Below, piece after piece: positions 26,604-36,069 of a DNA stretch of 51,135 nt; within the stretch, counting starts at the first letter, position 1, and the number at the start of each line of letters is the position of its first letter. This DNA is from a virus (taxonomy: Duplodnaviria; Caudoviricetes): positions 1-51,135 of the IMG/VR virus record IMGVR_UViG_3300045093_000075. One strand, written 5' to 3'. A model generated the notes under the pieces. That model worked only from the letters and a program-made list of their open reading frames with translations, was not told the DNA's origin and did no database searches. The translations under genes and the position numbers were made by a program.

Positions 26604-26894
26604 TCAAATGCCCATAGCCGTTTCGATGGCTTCGTCCCTGCACTTGGACCATGCCTGATCGAGACGGCGCCAGAGCGATACCGCGCTCAATCGTGCGGGG
26701 CTGCCCGGTGGAAGGGTCCAGTATGTTTGATATGCGGGCTTCTTCGCAATGATCTTTCGAGCCCGGCGTTTGGCGAGATTGTAGGCCGCCTTGTTCCTGC
26801 GAGAAACCTGCTGCCAATGGGTGGCGCACACCCACTCTTTGAAGCCGTGCTCCGCCTTCGTGGTGCGCCTGCACCCAGGAACGCAGCACGGCAT
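26604..26894 (-). CDS. Cys-rich hypothetical protein
   Basis: AGGAGAG RBS; CCVPGC...WVCATHW motif. Confidence 0.7.
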   Translation of the reverse strand: MPCCVPGCRRTTKAEHGFKEWVCATHWQQVSRRNKAAYNLAKRRARKIIAKKPAYQTYWTLPPGSPARLSAVSLWRRLDQAWSKCRDEAIETAMGI

Positions 26895-26902
26895 GCGCTC
26901 TC

Positions 26903-27388
26903 CTACCACGACGCCAAACCCGCACGGTTCAACTGCTTTGCGATTGTGGCCGCAGCAAAGTCCCTGTGCAAGCGGAACGTGGCCTCTGGCATGCCGAGCC
27001 ACTTCGCCACGTCCCTGCCGCTGTAGCGCCTCGCCTGCCCCTGCACGGCAGCGATGAGCACCTGTCGGTGATCGGGATATGCCTTCACCGCGCCATTTAG
27101 CCAGCCGGGCATACCGCCCGAGCCCAGCAACACGATTTCCATCCGGCTGATCTGGAGCGCTGTGGGCTTGATGATCGCCTTGAGCCGACCTTGGTGGATG
27201 TTTCCGGCCAAGCGCTGCTCGGCGATATCGATGGGCTCCAGCATGTATTCGGGCCAGGCGGCTTTCATCCGCTTGTGGCCCACCCTGCCCTGAACTGCAT
27301 TGAGAACGCGGAAGGCTTCAGCCAGCGCTTGCCGGACGGACTTGGCGTCCCACTGCTTGGTGGTGGTGCGATCGAGAACGGCGTGCAT
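26903..27388 (-). CDS. Late-gene regulator at Q position (DUF6362-like)
   Basis: W...V...L.EAF..L...AWPEY motif and C-terminal HTH; near end of early operon. Confidence 0.6.
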   Translation of the reverse strand: MHAVLDRTTTKQWDAKSVRQALAEAFRVLNAVQGRVGHKRMKAAWPEYMLEPIDIAEQRLAGNIHQGRLKAIIKPTALQISRMEIVLLGSGGMPGWLNGAVKAYPDHRQVLIAAVQGQARRYSGRDVAKWLGMPEATFRLHRDFAAATIAKQLNRAGLASW

Positions 27389-27642
27389 TACGCCTCCTTG
27401 CCGGACGCTACGCGGGCTCGGACGTCTTCCGCGTGCCTCTGCCCGCTAATCGTGAGTTGCCACACGACATGGCGACCGTGCCTCGTGAAGTCGATGTACC
27501 CGGCCTTCCGCCACTTCTGGATTGTTCGGTCAGCTACCCGGTAAATCGGGCCATGGCAGTCACCGCCATGCAGGTCTTGGAACTCGAACGGCTCGCCTGT
27601 GGCCATCCGCACTTCAACGCGTGCAATAAGTTCAGTATTCAT
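27388..27642 (-). CDS. Small wHTH-like protein
   Basis: ADRTIQKWRKAGYI motif; coupled to next gene. Confidence 0.65.
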   Translation of the reverse strand: MNTELIARVEVRMATGEPFEFQDLHGGDCHGPIYRVADRTIQKWRKAGYIDFTRHGRHVVWQLTISGQRHAEDVRARVASGKEA

Positions 27643-27654
27643 ATGATCCTCTTG

Positions 27655-28047
27655 TCATAGCTCCAAAATGGCTCGGTACATATCGTCCTGGGCGACCTGC
27701 ACCAGAACGCGCCGGCAAAGTTCCGGCATGTCGATTTCGCGATTGCGGGCCTCATCGGCCAGCATGGTTCGGTGCCGACCGGCCAGCATCACCTTGACCG
27801 GCTTGTGCGTGTGCTCGCCCTCGCTGACCTTGAAGCCCCACTCGCTGAACATGGCGGTGATCAAGTTCGGAGTGCTGCCGTCGTTTAGGGCATTGCAGAT
27901 CGCCGCCGCGGTCATGCCCTGCCCGGCCATAACGCCGATCCTGAAGGCTTTGCGGTTGCTCCAGCGCTCGGTGAACAGAGGATGCCCAAGCCGCTCCTCC
28001 TCGCGCCCGAACATGCCAAGCTGCACTTCTTCAGAACGGCGGTTCAT
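27655..28047 (-). CDS. Hypothetical DNA-binding protein
   Basis: In operon; C-terminal RHH-like segment. Confidence 0.6.
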   Translation of the reverse strand: MNRRSEEVQLGMFGREEERLGHPLFTERWSNRKAFRIGVMAGQGMTAAAICNALNDGSTPNLITAMFSEWGFKVSEGEHTHKPVKVMLAGRHRTMLADEARNREIDMPELCRRVLVQVAQDDMYRAILEL

Positions 28048-30217
28048 CTAATGCCTCCGCCAATTCGCGTTTTACGTCCGCTGGAAGCTCAGGGGCAGGC
28101 TCTGGCGCGGGTTTGACAAACACTCGGTCCTCTTTGCCCGTCCACCAGATCAGGCCCTTCTCGCCTTCCCTGAGCCCGCGCTCGTTGTCGCGATCGATAA
28201 AGCCGGCGAGCTGGAGCTTCTTCCCGGCATCGGCAACTATTCGGCGCAACTCTCCGGCACGCTTTTCAGGCTCGCTCTCCGGCGCCTGATAAGTCCACTT
28301 CTTGCCCATCTCCGCCATGAAGGCCTTCCATGAAACGACGTGGCGACCCTTGGGGCATCCGGTGACGCCTACCGGCGCCGGTTCGCCTTCCCGAGCAATG
28401 ACGTCGCGCAAAGTTTGGAGCACCAGTGCCTGATTGAGGCTCAGTCTCCCGGTCTTGGTCTGCTCGTCATCGTCACCGTCGGGCTGGTCGACCACGCACG
28501 TCGTGATGGGCCGGTTGAGATCGTCGAATCCCACCACGACCTGGCGCAGCACGAACGGGATAGACCCACCGTTCTCGCCATCCTTGTTTTTGTCGAGCCG
28601 CATGCGACGGATCTTGCGGCCGTTGCGGTCTGTCTTGTCGCCGCTCTCCACCATAATCACATTGGTCAAGTCGCCGGTCTTGGAGCCGTGCCCACGAAAT
28701 CGGCCCTGTGCCGAGAGGTGATCCACCACCATGACCGTGCATTGGCACTCTTCTGCGATCCGCTCGATCCGGTCGATGACCTTGCCCATATCGAGGCCGC
28801 TGATCTCGTTCGCCCCGCGCGTGGCCTTGTTGAAGGTGTCGATCACGATCATGCGCAAGGGCTGCTCGTAGTGCTCGGCCCAGGCCTTCGCCTCGGCAAT
28901 GAGCGTGTCCGTGTCCTTGTCGTCGACAAAGAGGTTGATCTTCTTGGGCAGGATCAGCATCGGCACGCTGGCCGGGTCTTCGATGCCCTTGTCCTGCATG
29001 TAGCCCTGGACGCGCTTCATGAAACCACGGTCGCCCTCGCCCGTCTGGTAGACGACCAATCCTTGCATCACGTCTCTGCTCCAGAACTTGCGGCCCGTGG
29101 CAACGGCAAAGGCGAGCTCGATCATCAGGAACGATTTGCCGGATTGACTGAACCCGGCGAACGCGGCCGAGCCGCCGAGCTCAATCATGTCCTGCACCAG
29201 CCATTGGTGCTTCTTGGCTTCCTGGCCGACGTTGGAGAGGGTGACGGCGCCGAGCCTTGATGCCGGCGGCTTCGGCTTCCAATCCGGTAGGCCGTCTATA
29301 ATGCGCTGGAACTCATGTGCCGTACCGCCCGCTTCCACCCAATTGCTCAGATCGTGCTTGGCCGGGAAGTTCGGGACGTGATCGGCGAAGTTAAGGATGC
29401 GGATGCGGCGGGCGATGCCCTTGAGGCTCTTCGCCTTCGCCTCGCCGGCAGCGATACCCACATCGTCGTTATCGACCGGGATTACGACGTCGGCGTCTGT
29501 AAACAACGCGGCAAGCTCTGGCGTCCAGCTTTTGGCCCCACCCGAGTTGGTCGAAGCGTCAAAGCCGAGCTCGACCGCCGTGTCCGCGTCTTTCTCGCCC
29601 TCGGGCAACAGGATCAGCCGGCCCGCTTCGATGGCGAGCTCGAGCTGCTGGTGGCGATAGATCGTGTGGCCAATGCCGTCGAGGTTCCAGACGACATTTC
29701 CGGCGGCGTCCTTGCGCCTCTGGCGAAAGGTCTTGGCGACCTGCCCGTCCTTGCCCAAGCGCCAGGAGCCGTCAGGCAGCCGCCATTGGAACCGCACGAC
29801 TTGGTACAGCGGATTTCCGTCGGCATCGGTGTAGGTGTAGCCCTTGACCGCGACCTGCTTGGCTCCATCGTCGTCAGCGGGGCCGTGTGGCGACCGCTCT
29901 GGCTCATGGCGGATCTCAGGCGCGCTGCTACGCTCTTGGCGCTCCTGCGGCTTATCACGTTCTGCGATAAAGCCCTCGCGCTCCAGCCATTCGATGGCCG
30001 CCCCTTTGTCATCGCCAAGCCCGAGTTCGTTCTGAACTAGCTTGATGGTGCCGCCGCCGGCGTCGTTTTCAAAATCGTGCCACGTTCCCTTGTCGAGATT
30101 GACCTTCTTGGAGCCGTTGTTTCCCCAGCGCAGTTCGCTCCCGCGCTTCTCAGACGGCTTGCCCCAGAATGATTCCGCGACCGTTTCGATGAGAGCGGCG
30201 AAGTCGGCGTCAGCCAT
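28031..30217 (-). CDS. Primase-helicase (Toprim plus RecA/AAA_25 helicase)
   Basis: Toprim EGEKD and DND; Walker A GFSQSGKS; Walker B IVIDT; GGAGG RBS. Confidence 0.9.
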   Translation of the reverse strand: MADADFAALIETVAESFWGKPSEKRGSELRWGNNGSKKVNLDKGTWHDFENDAGGGTIKLVQNELGLGDDKGAAIEWLEREGFIAERDKPQERQERSSAPEIRHEPERSPHGPADDDGAKQVAVKGYTYTDADGNPLYQVVRFQWRLPDGSWRLGKDGQVAKTFRQRRKDAAGNVVWNLDGIGHTIYRHQQLELAIEAGRLILLPEGEKDADTAVELGFDASTNSGGAKSWTPELAALFTDADVVIPVDNDDVGIAAGEAKAKSLKGIARRIRILNFADHVPNFPAKHDLSNWVEAGGTAHEFQRIIDGLPDWKPKPPASRLGAVTLSNVGQEAKKHQWLVQDMIELGGSAAFAGFSQSGKSFLMIELAFAVATGRKFWSRDVMQGLVVYQTGEGDRGFMKRVQGYMQDKGIEDPASVPMLILPKKINLFVDDKDTDTLIAEAKAWAEHYEQPLRMIVIDTFNKATRGANEISGLDMGKVIDRIERIAEECQCTVMVVDHLSAQGRFRGHGSKTGDLTNVIMVESGDKTDRNGRKIRRMRLDKNKDGENGGSIPFVLRQVVVGFDDLNRPITTCVVDQPDGDDDEQTKTGRLSLNQALVLQTLRDVIAREGEPAPVGVTGCPKGRHVVSWKAFMAEMGKKWTYQAPESEPEKRAGELRRIVADAGKKLQLAGFIDRDNERGLREGEKGLIWWTGKEDRVFVKPAPEPAPELPADVKRELAEALDEPPF

Positions 30218-30434
30218 TGGCCGCCCTCCGCTGGCCCTTGCCACGCAATCCACCTTCCATCTCCAGCGATTTGAGCGTCAGCGCAGCCGCATGAAGGCTT
30301 TCAGCGCGAGCCCGCGCCGATACGGCCTGTCCGTCCTTCCGCTGCTCGTGAAACCACGCGGCATCGTCGGCGCCCTGTGCCGCCTTCTCAACGGCGATCC
30401 TCTGCCATTTGATCGGGACACTCACGACCGGCAC
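30210..30434 (-). CDS. Hypothetical protein
   Basis: Overlap-coupled in operon. Confidence 0.6.
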   Translation of the reverse strand: MPVVSVPIKWQRIAVEKAAQGADDAAWFHEQRKDGQAVSARARAESLHAAALTLKSLEMEGGLRGKGQRRAANG

Positions 30435-30604
30435 CTGTCCATGATCTCGTCGCAGATGGTTTCCAGTACGTCCCGGTCCCGATCGAGGAAGGGATTGGGG
30501 CGGGCGCGGTGATGGGTGTCCAGATCGCGGTCTATCCGGCGCACGGCGCGGCGGAGGACCTGGACCTTTTCGGTGTCGTCGGGGGCGTCGAGGCAGAGCG
30601 TCAT
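30422..30604 (-). CDS. Hypothetical protein
   Basis: ATGA coupling to upstream gene. Confidence 0.6.
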   Translation of the reverse strand: MTLCLDAPDDTEKVQVLRRAVRRIDRDLDTHHRARPNPFLDRDRDVLETICDEIMDRCRS

Positions 30605-31509
30605 GCCGGCACCCTGATGCGAATCATTCCTGTGGGCACATTCGTTCCGGCCTCGGCGAAGCTCGCCACCGGCAGGTCGCGTTTCCTACGGTTGAATTCG
30701 CGCATGTAGGCGGCATTCTTCTTGAGCCGAGCGGCCCGTTCCTCTGGGGTTTCTCTCGCCCAGCGCTGGCGCCGCTTCTCGTTGTGCCGCTTGCGCCTCT
30801 CGTCTTTGGTCAGAGCCGATGGAGCCAAGGAGCGGACGTAACCAACATCGGTTTCAGTCACGACACGGAAATGCCATCCGCGCTCAGCGCAGAAGGTGCG
30901 AGCCGCTGCGAACTTGGCCACGTTGAGTGGCAAACCTGTCATTGCGGAAGGCTTGATTTCCTCAATGGCGGTCGAGCCATCCTTTGATGTGACGATGAGG
31001 TCGGGGACATAGCGTCGCACTTTTCCTTGCGGGTCGGTATATCGAATGCGATGCGGGCATCGACCCCAATGCAAAACGGCGTCGTCTGCGTCGAGCTGTC
31101 CCATGCGCAGGAACTCAAGGCTGGATTCCGCGAAGTTTCGTTCCCCGGTCTTTGCGCTCGTGTGCCAAAGCCTGGATGAGGACCGTGACCGAGAATGCCC
31201 TCTAGCAATAGCGAGGGAAGCCGCTTCACTCATGTTGCGGATCACGCCGGCGGCAACGGCCCATTCTTTTACGGTGAAGGGCTTCAGCCCCATCTTCTCC
31301 GCTGTTGCGGCCGCGCTTAGACCACCAGCATAGAGTGCTAACGCCTCCATCCGAACGCTATCTGCATAGGTCGCGCGTCGATTGCGAATTGGCACTCCCG
31401 CCGCCTTGAGCCAACGCTCGACTGTCTGCCCTGTTACGCCAGCAGCTTTCCCCGTCGCATTCATAGACGCGCCGGACTGGTAAAACTCGATTGCCTCTTC
31501 CTTACGCAT
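30601..31509 (-). CDS. HTH-HTH plus TnsA-like PD-(D/E)xK endonuclease; probable free-standing homing endonuclease
   Basis: Two HTH repeats; ESSLE, RRYVPDLIV, EEIKP and KFAAARTFCAERGWHFRVVTE motifs; C-terminus duplicates methyltransferase end. Confidence 0.8.
   Translation of the reverse strand: MRKEEAIEFYQSGASMNATGKAAGVTGQTVERWLKAAGVPIRNRRATYADSVRMEALALYAGGLSAAATAEKMGLKPFTVKEWAVAAGVIRNMSEAASLAIARGHSRSRSSSRLWHTSAKTGERNFAESSLEFLRMGQLDADDAVLHWGRCPHRIRYTDPQGKVRRYVPDLIVTSKDGSTAIEEIKPSAMTGLPLNVAKFAAARTFCAERGWHFRVVTETDVGYVRSLAPSALTKDERRKRHNEKRRQRWARETPEERAARLKKNAAYMREFNRRKRDLPVASFAEAGTNVPTGMIRIRVPA
30625..30681 (-). repeat. Copy 2 of 19-codon methyltransferase C-terminal segment
   Basis: RDLPVASFAEAGTNVPTGM; 16/19 aa identical to 31526-31582. 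Confidence 0.9.
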
Positions 31510-32821
31510 GCTTCACCACCTTCAGCATGCCGGTCGTTACATTCGTACCTGCTTCCGAGAACGAACCGACTGGTAGGTCTCGCCAAACTCCGTCAGGAAA
31601 GTCTTTGTCGATCAGGCCATGATCATATTTTGCAGTCGCGGGGAGAATGCTCACCAGCACCCCGCCGGGCTTCAGGAATGCGAAGGCGTGCTTGACGTGG
31701 CGCATGTACAATTTTCCGAAAAACGGCGGGTTCATCACAACCGTGTCGAACTCGGCGCGTGGCGGCTGTTCGAGGAAATTTCCCGTAACGACGCTATGAC
31801 CTTTTGCCTTGGCCTGGGCGGCGCGACCGGCGTGGTATTCGATGCCAAGAGAGATGTGACCACGCTTGCGCAGGGCATCGAGGATGCGACCGTCGCCACA
31901 TGACGGCTCCAGGATGCGCAACGGAGCCGGCGGGTTGTAACGCCACTCAGGCAGGTTCCAGACCCCGGCGAACTCCATGGCCGCATCAATGGCCGCGTCG
32001 GGCGTCCAATAGAACTGGAGGTCTTTAGCGACGGCAGTGCTTGGTGCTTTCTCCGGCGCGTCCGGGTCAACGTCGGGCAGGACATCGCCGTAAAACTCGG
32101 CGAGGCCACGGTTGATATCGAGCAGCGTGTGCTCATCGAAAATGACGTGGGCATTGCCGTTCTTGAACTTGCGAACCTTGAGGCCGCGCAAATCGGCCTC
32201 GCCTTCGCTCGCCGTGAAATACGCATGAAGCTTGTCGACCTCGGCAAAGTCATCATGGTCGACAAGAGGTTCGCCGCGGTAGGCGGCCAACGCATTGGCG
32301 ATATCGCGCACCTTATCTCGACCGTACGATCCATAACCGCCAAAGCCGGAAATGATGACCCGCTTGGGCAGACCTTTGACGCCGATCTTGACCTTGCTGT
32401 GGGATCGATACGCCGGATCAAGGCCGGCGAAGGTTTCAGCCAGGCCGCGCAAGATATGCTGGCGAGGGTTTTCCAGGTAGGGCCCGAAGGTAGCTCGAGC
32501 ATTGTCGAGCGTCAGCGGCGGCGGGGCCTCTATGGTGCGCTCAAACAACCGCTTATCGTTAGCGCTTGCTATCCGCTCGATCTGGAGCCGGTTATAGAGC
32601 GCCTTCCAGCCAGATTTGAGCAGGTTGCTCCGCAGGTGGCTTTCGTGGACATAGCCGCGGTCGATCGCCGACCCCACGTATGTGCCCATGACGCAGCCGG
32701 CGGTCTCGATGGCAGTCTTGGCGTCCTCGAACGCCTTGACGGCGTCAGCAACGGCGGCGTCCTTTTCCTCGTACTCTGAAATGATGTCGAGAGCGGTTCT
32801 CTGAGGGGCAATGGCGTTCAT
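31502..32821 (-). CDS. DUF4942-domain amino-methyltransferase (probably N6-adenine DNA)
   Basis: FKNGNAH DUF4942 motif; QFYWTP, LEPSCGDG (motif I), VMNPPF (motif IV). Confidence 0.88.
   Translation of the reverse strand: MNAIAPQRTALDIISEYEEKDAAVADAVKAFEDAKTAIETAGCVMGTYVGSAIDRGYVHESHLRSNLLKSGWKALYNRLQIERIASANDKRLFERTIEAPPPLTLDNARATFGPYLENPRQHILRGLAETFAGLDPAYRSHSKVKIGVKGLPKRVIISGFGGYGSYGRDKVRDIANALAAYRGEPLVDHDDFAEVDKLHAYFTASEGEADLRGLKVRKFKNGNAHVIFDEHTLLDINRGLAEFYGDVLPDVDPDAPEKAPSTAVAKDLQFYWTPDAAIDAAMEFAGVWNLPEWRYNPPAPLRILEPSCGDGRILDALRKRGHISLGIEYHAGRAAQAKAKGHSVVTGNFLEQPPRAEFDTVVMNPPFFGKLYMRHVKHAFAFLKPGGVLVSILPATAKYDHGLIDKDFPDGVWRDLPVGSFSEAGTNVTTGMLKVVKHA
31526..31582 (-). repeat. Copy 1 of 19-codon methyltransferase C-terminal segment (recoded)
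   Basis: RDLPVGSFSEAGTNVTTGM with many A/T-ending codons. Confidence 0.9.
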
Positions 32822-32822
32822 G

Positions 32823-33377
32823 CTACGCCTCCATTAGCGCCGGGCGGGCCTTAATGGCCTTCCGGTAGTCGAGTTCTGGGTTTTGCTGAGCGGCCATGTG
32901 GCACCACAGCGCCAGGGCATCGCAGCGATCGGGCTGGACATCGCCAATCGAGAGCCAGCCCCGGCGCGCCACTTCGGCCTGCACCAGTGTCTTGGGGTCG
33001 CCGCCGAAGTTGCCGCCCTTGCCGATGAAGGTCTTGCGGGCCGTGCTCGACGCAATGAGATGCGCCCTACCCGGCAACTTCGACTTCACAACGCCCCTGA
33101 GAACTCCCTGGAGGCCCAAAAGCATTGCCTGTGACGCGGAGTTGGTGAACCCGCCGCCACTGGCCTTGATGGGGGCCTCTATGGCCACGATGGCGGGGTT
33201 GAGAACCGCCATCTGCCGGTGCAGCCAGATCATGCCGGTGCGAAAAATGTCGTCCTCGGTATCGCCTTCGCGCTTCCAAGGCTCGAAACCGCTGATTGGC
33301 TTTTCGGTCGGCAGACCGAACGCCCATCCGGTCACCTTGCCGCTGACATCGAGTGCGAGGATCGACAGGCCGTCCAT
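32823..33377 (-). CDS. RuvC-like Holliday junction resolvase
   Basis: ILALDVSGKVTGWA, VAIEAP and DRCDALAL acidic residues. Confidence 0.75.
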   Translation of the reverse strand: MDGLSILALDVSGKVTGWAFGLPTEKPISGFEPWKREGDTEDDIFRTGMIWLHRQMAVLNPAIVAIEAPIKASGGGFTNSASQAMLLGLQGVLRGVVKSKLPGRAHLIASSTARKTFIGKGGNFGGDPKTLVQAEVARRGWLSIGDVQPDRCDALALWCHMAAQQNPELDYRKAIKARPALMEA

Positions 33378-33817
33378 CAGTTCAGCACCGTGCTCGACGC
33401 CATTTCCTCAAGGACAGCATTGCCCTCGGCCTGCTCGGCTTCCTCGCGCTCCTGCGCTGCTTGCTGCTCGGCCCGAGCCGCAGCTTGAGCGCTATTCTCG
33501 CCCTCTCTCGGCGTCAGAAAACTGAATTGGCCAGCGGCATCAGCCCACAGCTCGACCATCTCTTCGGGCACGCCCTGGGCGATGCGCTGCATCTGGCGCT
33601 CGAGTTTGCGCGTCTTGAGCGAGGCGTTCAAAATCTCGCTGGGGATTTTGAGCTCCTGCTTGGCCATCTTCTTCTTGCGCTTCTGCGCTTCGCGGATTTT
33701 GGAGGCTTTGCCGCGAGCCGACGCCATGATCGTTTCGATCTCGTCGTCCATGCCCTCGATCTCATCGATGACGGCCTGAAAATCTTCGTCTTCATACAGG
33801 TTTGAAAGCTGGGTCAT
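33377..33817 (-). CDS. Coiled-coil hypothetical protein (possibly GapR-like)
   Basis: ATGA coupling; acidic N-helix followed by basic helix. Confidence 0.6.
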   Translation of the reverse strand: MTQLSNLYEDEDFQAVIDEIEGMDDEIETIMASARGKASKIREAQKRKKKMAKQELKIPSEILNASLKTRKLERQMQRIAQGVPEEMVELWADAAGQFSFLTPREGENSAQAAARAEQQAAQEREEAEQAEGNAVLEEMASSTVLN

Positions 33818-34125
33818 GCCAGTTCGGGCTCCTGTGCGGGGGTGGAGATGGTGGGAAGATCGCGGCCGGCCTCGATGCAGTCGAAGCACACGATGCCGTC
33901 ACAGGTCGGATCGACCTCGTGCTTGCCCTTGGGCTCGTCGCAGCTAGAGCATTCGCCGACATAGCCGCCGGGGAACGTGGCGTAGAGTGCGGCTTGAAGC
34001 TCGTGGACGGCCATCAGAGGTTCGACGGCATCCTTGTAGGGCAAGCGTTGGAGGGCGCTGGTGACCGTGGAGATGTGCAGGAGGGCGTCTGCGGCCTGCT
34101 TGGGGGTGAGAGCGGTCTGGACCAT
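33814..34125 (-). CDS. Hypothetical protein with CxxC pairs
   Basis: CSSC and CFDC; coupled. Confidence 0.65.
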   Translation of the reverse strand: MVQTALTPKQAADALLHISTVTSALQRLPYKDAVEPLMAVHELQAALYATFPGGYVGECSSCDEPKGKHEVDPTCDGIVCFDCIEAGRDLPTISTPAQEPELA

Positions 34126-34409
34126 TACCGCCCCTCTCCGGCTTCCAGAGCCGCGAGCTGCTGCGATGCCCGAACGACGGCCCGGTGCGCTTCGCTGCGC
34201 TCGATGGCAAGGCCATTGATGTGCTGCTGAATGGCGAGCATCTGCGCCTCGCCATCATCGATTTCGGCGTCGAGACGGTCACGCTCGGCCAGCATCTCGC
34301 CGTAGGTCGTTTTTAGCGCCTCGCGCATGATCGTGCGGTCCACGCTCTCCATGACGCGGAAGGCGTCGGCATGGGCCTGGATGGTGTCGGCAGTCGTGTG
34401 GGCGTTCAT
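34125..34409 (-). CDS. Coiled-coil hypothetical protein
   Basis: GGAG RBS; coupled. Confidence 0.7.
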   Translation of the reverse strand: MNAHTTADTIQAHADAFRVMESVDRTIMREALKTTYGEMLAERDRLDAEIDDGEAQMLAIQQHINGLAIERSEAHRAVVRASQQLAALEAGEGR

Positions 34410-34609
34410 TGATCGTCTCCGATCTCGTTAGCGGCGATCCGAAGCTCGGCGGCCTTGTTGATGTGATGCGCGGCGGTCACCGCGTGGCTGCTCGCGGCCT
34501 TCCGCCATCGCGTCCGCAACCAAGAGCGCACGGACCTCGGCAAGCTGCGTCTCAAGCTCAGCAATCCGCGCCTCCAGAGCCCGATCCGCTTGAGCGTTGG
34601 TTTCGGCAT
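34406..34609 (-). CDS. Hypothetical basic protein
   Basis: AGGAGAAGG RBS, ATGA coupling downstream; overlaps 34428-34853 in another frame. Confidence 0.4.
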   Translation of the reverse strand: MPKPTLKRIGLWRRGLLSLRRSLPRSVRSWLRTRWRKAASSHAVTAAHHINKAAELRIAANEIGDDQ

Positions 34610-34853
34610 GGGCCTTCTCCTGTGCCCTGATCAGGGCTCTGATTTTCTCGACTTCCTCAAAGCGGGGCCTCGCGGTGCGCTCGCCTTCGTAGAGGGATTT
34701 GATGCGACGCCGGCCCATGCGGAGCATTGAGGCCAGCTTGTCCTTGCGCCACTCATCGGTGGTCAGTGGCCACTTCGACCGGGCAAAGGTTTTCAGTTCG
34801 ACGGCGAGAGCTTCTGTCAAATCGCCCTCCTGCAATTTGGGGGAGATACCCAA
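34428..34853 (-). CDS. HTH plus coiled-coil regulator (CII-like)
   Basis: LASMLRMGRRRIKSLYEGE HTH-like segment. Confidence 0.6.
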   Translation of the reverse strand: MGISPKLQEGDLTEALAVELKTFARSKWPLTTDEWRKDKLASMLRMGRRRIKSLYEGERTARPRFEEVEKIRALIRAQEKAHAETNAQADRALEARIAELETQLAEVRALLVADAMAEGREQPRGDRRASHQQGRRASDRR

Positions 34854-35295
34854 TTATTCGTCCTCATTTGCTGGTATTTCTTGATCCAACGAATGAGGAA
34901 CGACGAAAGGATTACGTGATGAAGCGCAGCGCACCGGACGCCAATCAGATGATGCTGCCGCTCGAGAAGTGGATTGCGGAGGAGCGCACGCGCTCCAACG
35001 CCTGCCGCCCGATAGGTGAAATCACCGCGGGTATTATCGATAAGGTCGGCCAGAGGCGCCGGGAGGTTGGGGGCAACGCCTCTGGCCTTAATCGCGGCGG
35101 GGAGGAGGAAACGCCGCGAAAGGAAACTGGTCCCAGACTGACCGGCGCCGAAACGCCGGCCAGCCATGCAGGGGCAGTCAGCGAAGGTGGGGGAACCATC
35201 GTTGACTTCCTGGCAGCGGGATTGCTGCGCAGGCGTATGGGCGCGGACGCTGGGTGCGTCATGGTCGCGTTCATATGTCTGGACAGCGAGCCGGT

Positions 35296-35610
35296 TCATG
35301 CGACCGGCTCCGGAGATGACGTTTGGATACCGTTTTGAGCGAGGCCGCTCTCGGCAATGGCCTTGAACATGGCGATGTCTTCGGCCTCTGGAATGGCAGG
35401 CCGGAAGCCGGAGGCGGAAAATTCCTCACCCGGATATTCGGCAAAGACCAGCCAAACATCCTCTTCATCAGCTTCGACCGCCGCGATAGCCAAGACGTCA
35501 CCGAACTTAGGAAGCCCAGGAACAGCGATGTCCCGCGTATCGTCGGTTTGCCAGTCGCGGCGAATGACGCACACGACGGATTGCCCGACTTGGGCCCACG
35601 GGTACTTCAT
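35296..35610 (-). CDS. Hypothetical phage protein
   Basis: VGQSVVCV...FRP pattern; ATGA coupling. Confidence 0.7.
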   Translation of the reverse strand: MKYPWAQVGQSVVCVIRRDWQTDDTRDIAVPGLPKFGDVLAIAAVEADEEDVWLVFAEYPGEEFSASGFRPAIPEAEDIAMFKAIAESGLAQNGIQTSSPEPVA

Positions 35611-35741
35611 GCCCCTACCCTCCCCATCACGATTGCCATGAGCACGACCACACAGATGCCCATGCCGAGGCCGGCGAAGATTTGGGCGCGCGTGGACCGG
35701 CGGCGGAGTTCGGAAGCGCGGGCGCGGTTATCAGCGGGCAT
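35607..35741 (-). CDS. 44-aa single-TM protein (not in ORF track)
   Basis: GGAGG RBS; fills operon gap, overlapping both neighbours. Confidence 0.6.
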   Translation of the reverse strand: MPADNRARASELRRRSTRAQIFAGLGMGICVVVLMAIVMGRVGA

Positions 35742-36069
35742 GGCCAGCCTCCATCAGCTTGCGGCCAAGGGCGGAGCGCTCAAAGATCGGGTCACCCAAT
35801 GCGCGCTGCATTGGCGTCCGCGTATCGGCCGGCACTTCCCGCAACAACCGCTCACCGTCGATCTGGGCTTCATCCCGCATGACCGAAGCGTGCTTGGATT
35901 TGCTGACGTTGTTCCGCTTCCGGGCCAGAGCGTTGCGGTGCGCGCGATATTCCGGATCGACGGCCCGACGTATGGCTTCGTGATGAAGGCCGAACTGTTG
36001 TCCTATTGCCCTCCAGGACATGCCGGAGGAGCGCATTTCATTGATGCGGGTGATCTGGGAGGGGTTCAT
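35731..36069 (-). CDS. HTH hypothetical protein
   Basis: GMSWRAIGQQFGLHHEAIRR; GDP motif. Confidence 0.7.
   Translation of the reverse strand: MNPSQITRINEMRSSGMSWRAIGQQFGLHHEAIRRAVDPEYRAHRNALARKRNNVSKSKHASVMRDEAQIDGERLLREVPADTRTPMQRALGDPIFERSALGRKLMEAGHAR

Noticed and set aside
30601-31509. Tn7-like transposon
   Set aside because: No TnsB/TnsC/TniQ genes or terminal repeats
34919-35338. Plus-strand ORF MKRSAPDANQMMLPLE... with RBS
   Set aside because: Plausible start but antisense within the early operon and C-terminal part not protein-like; left uncalled
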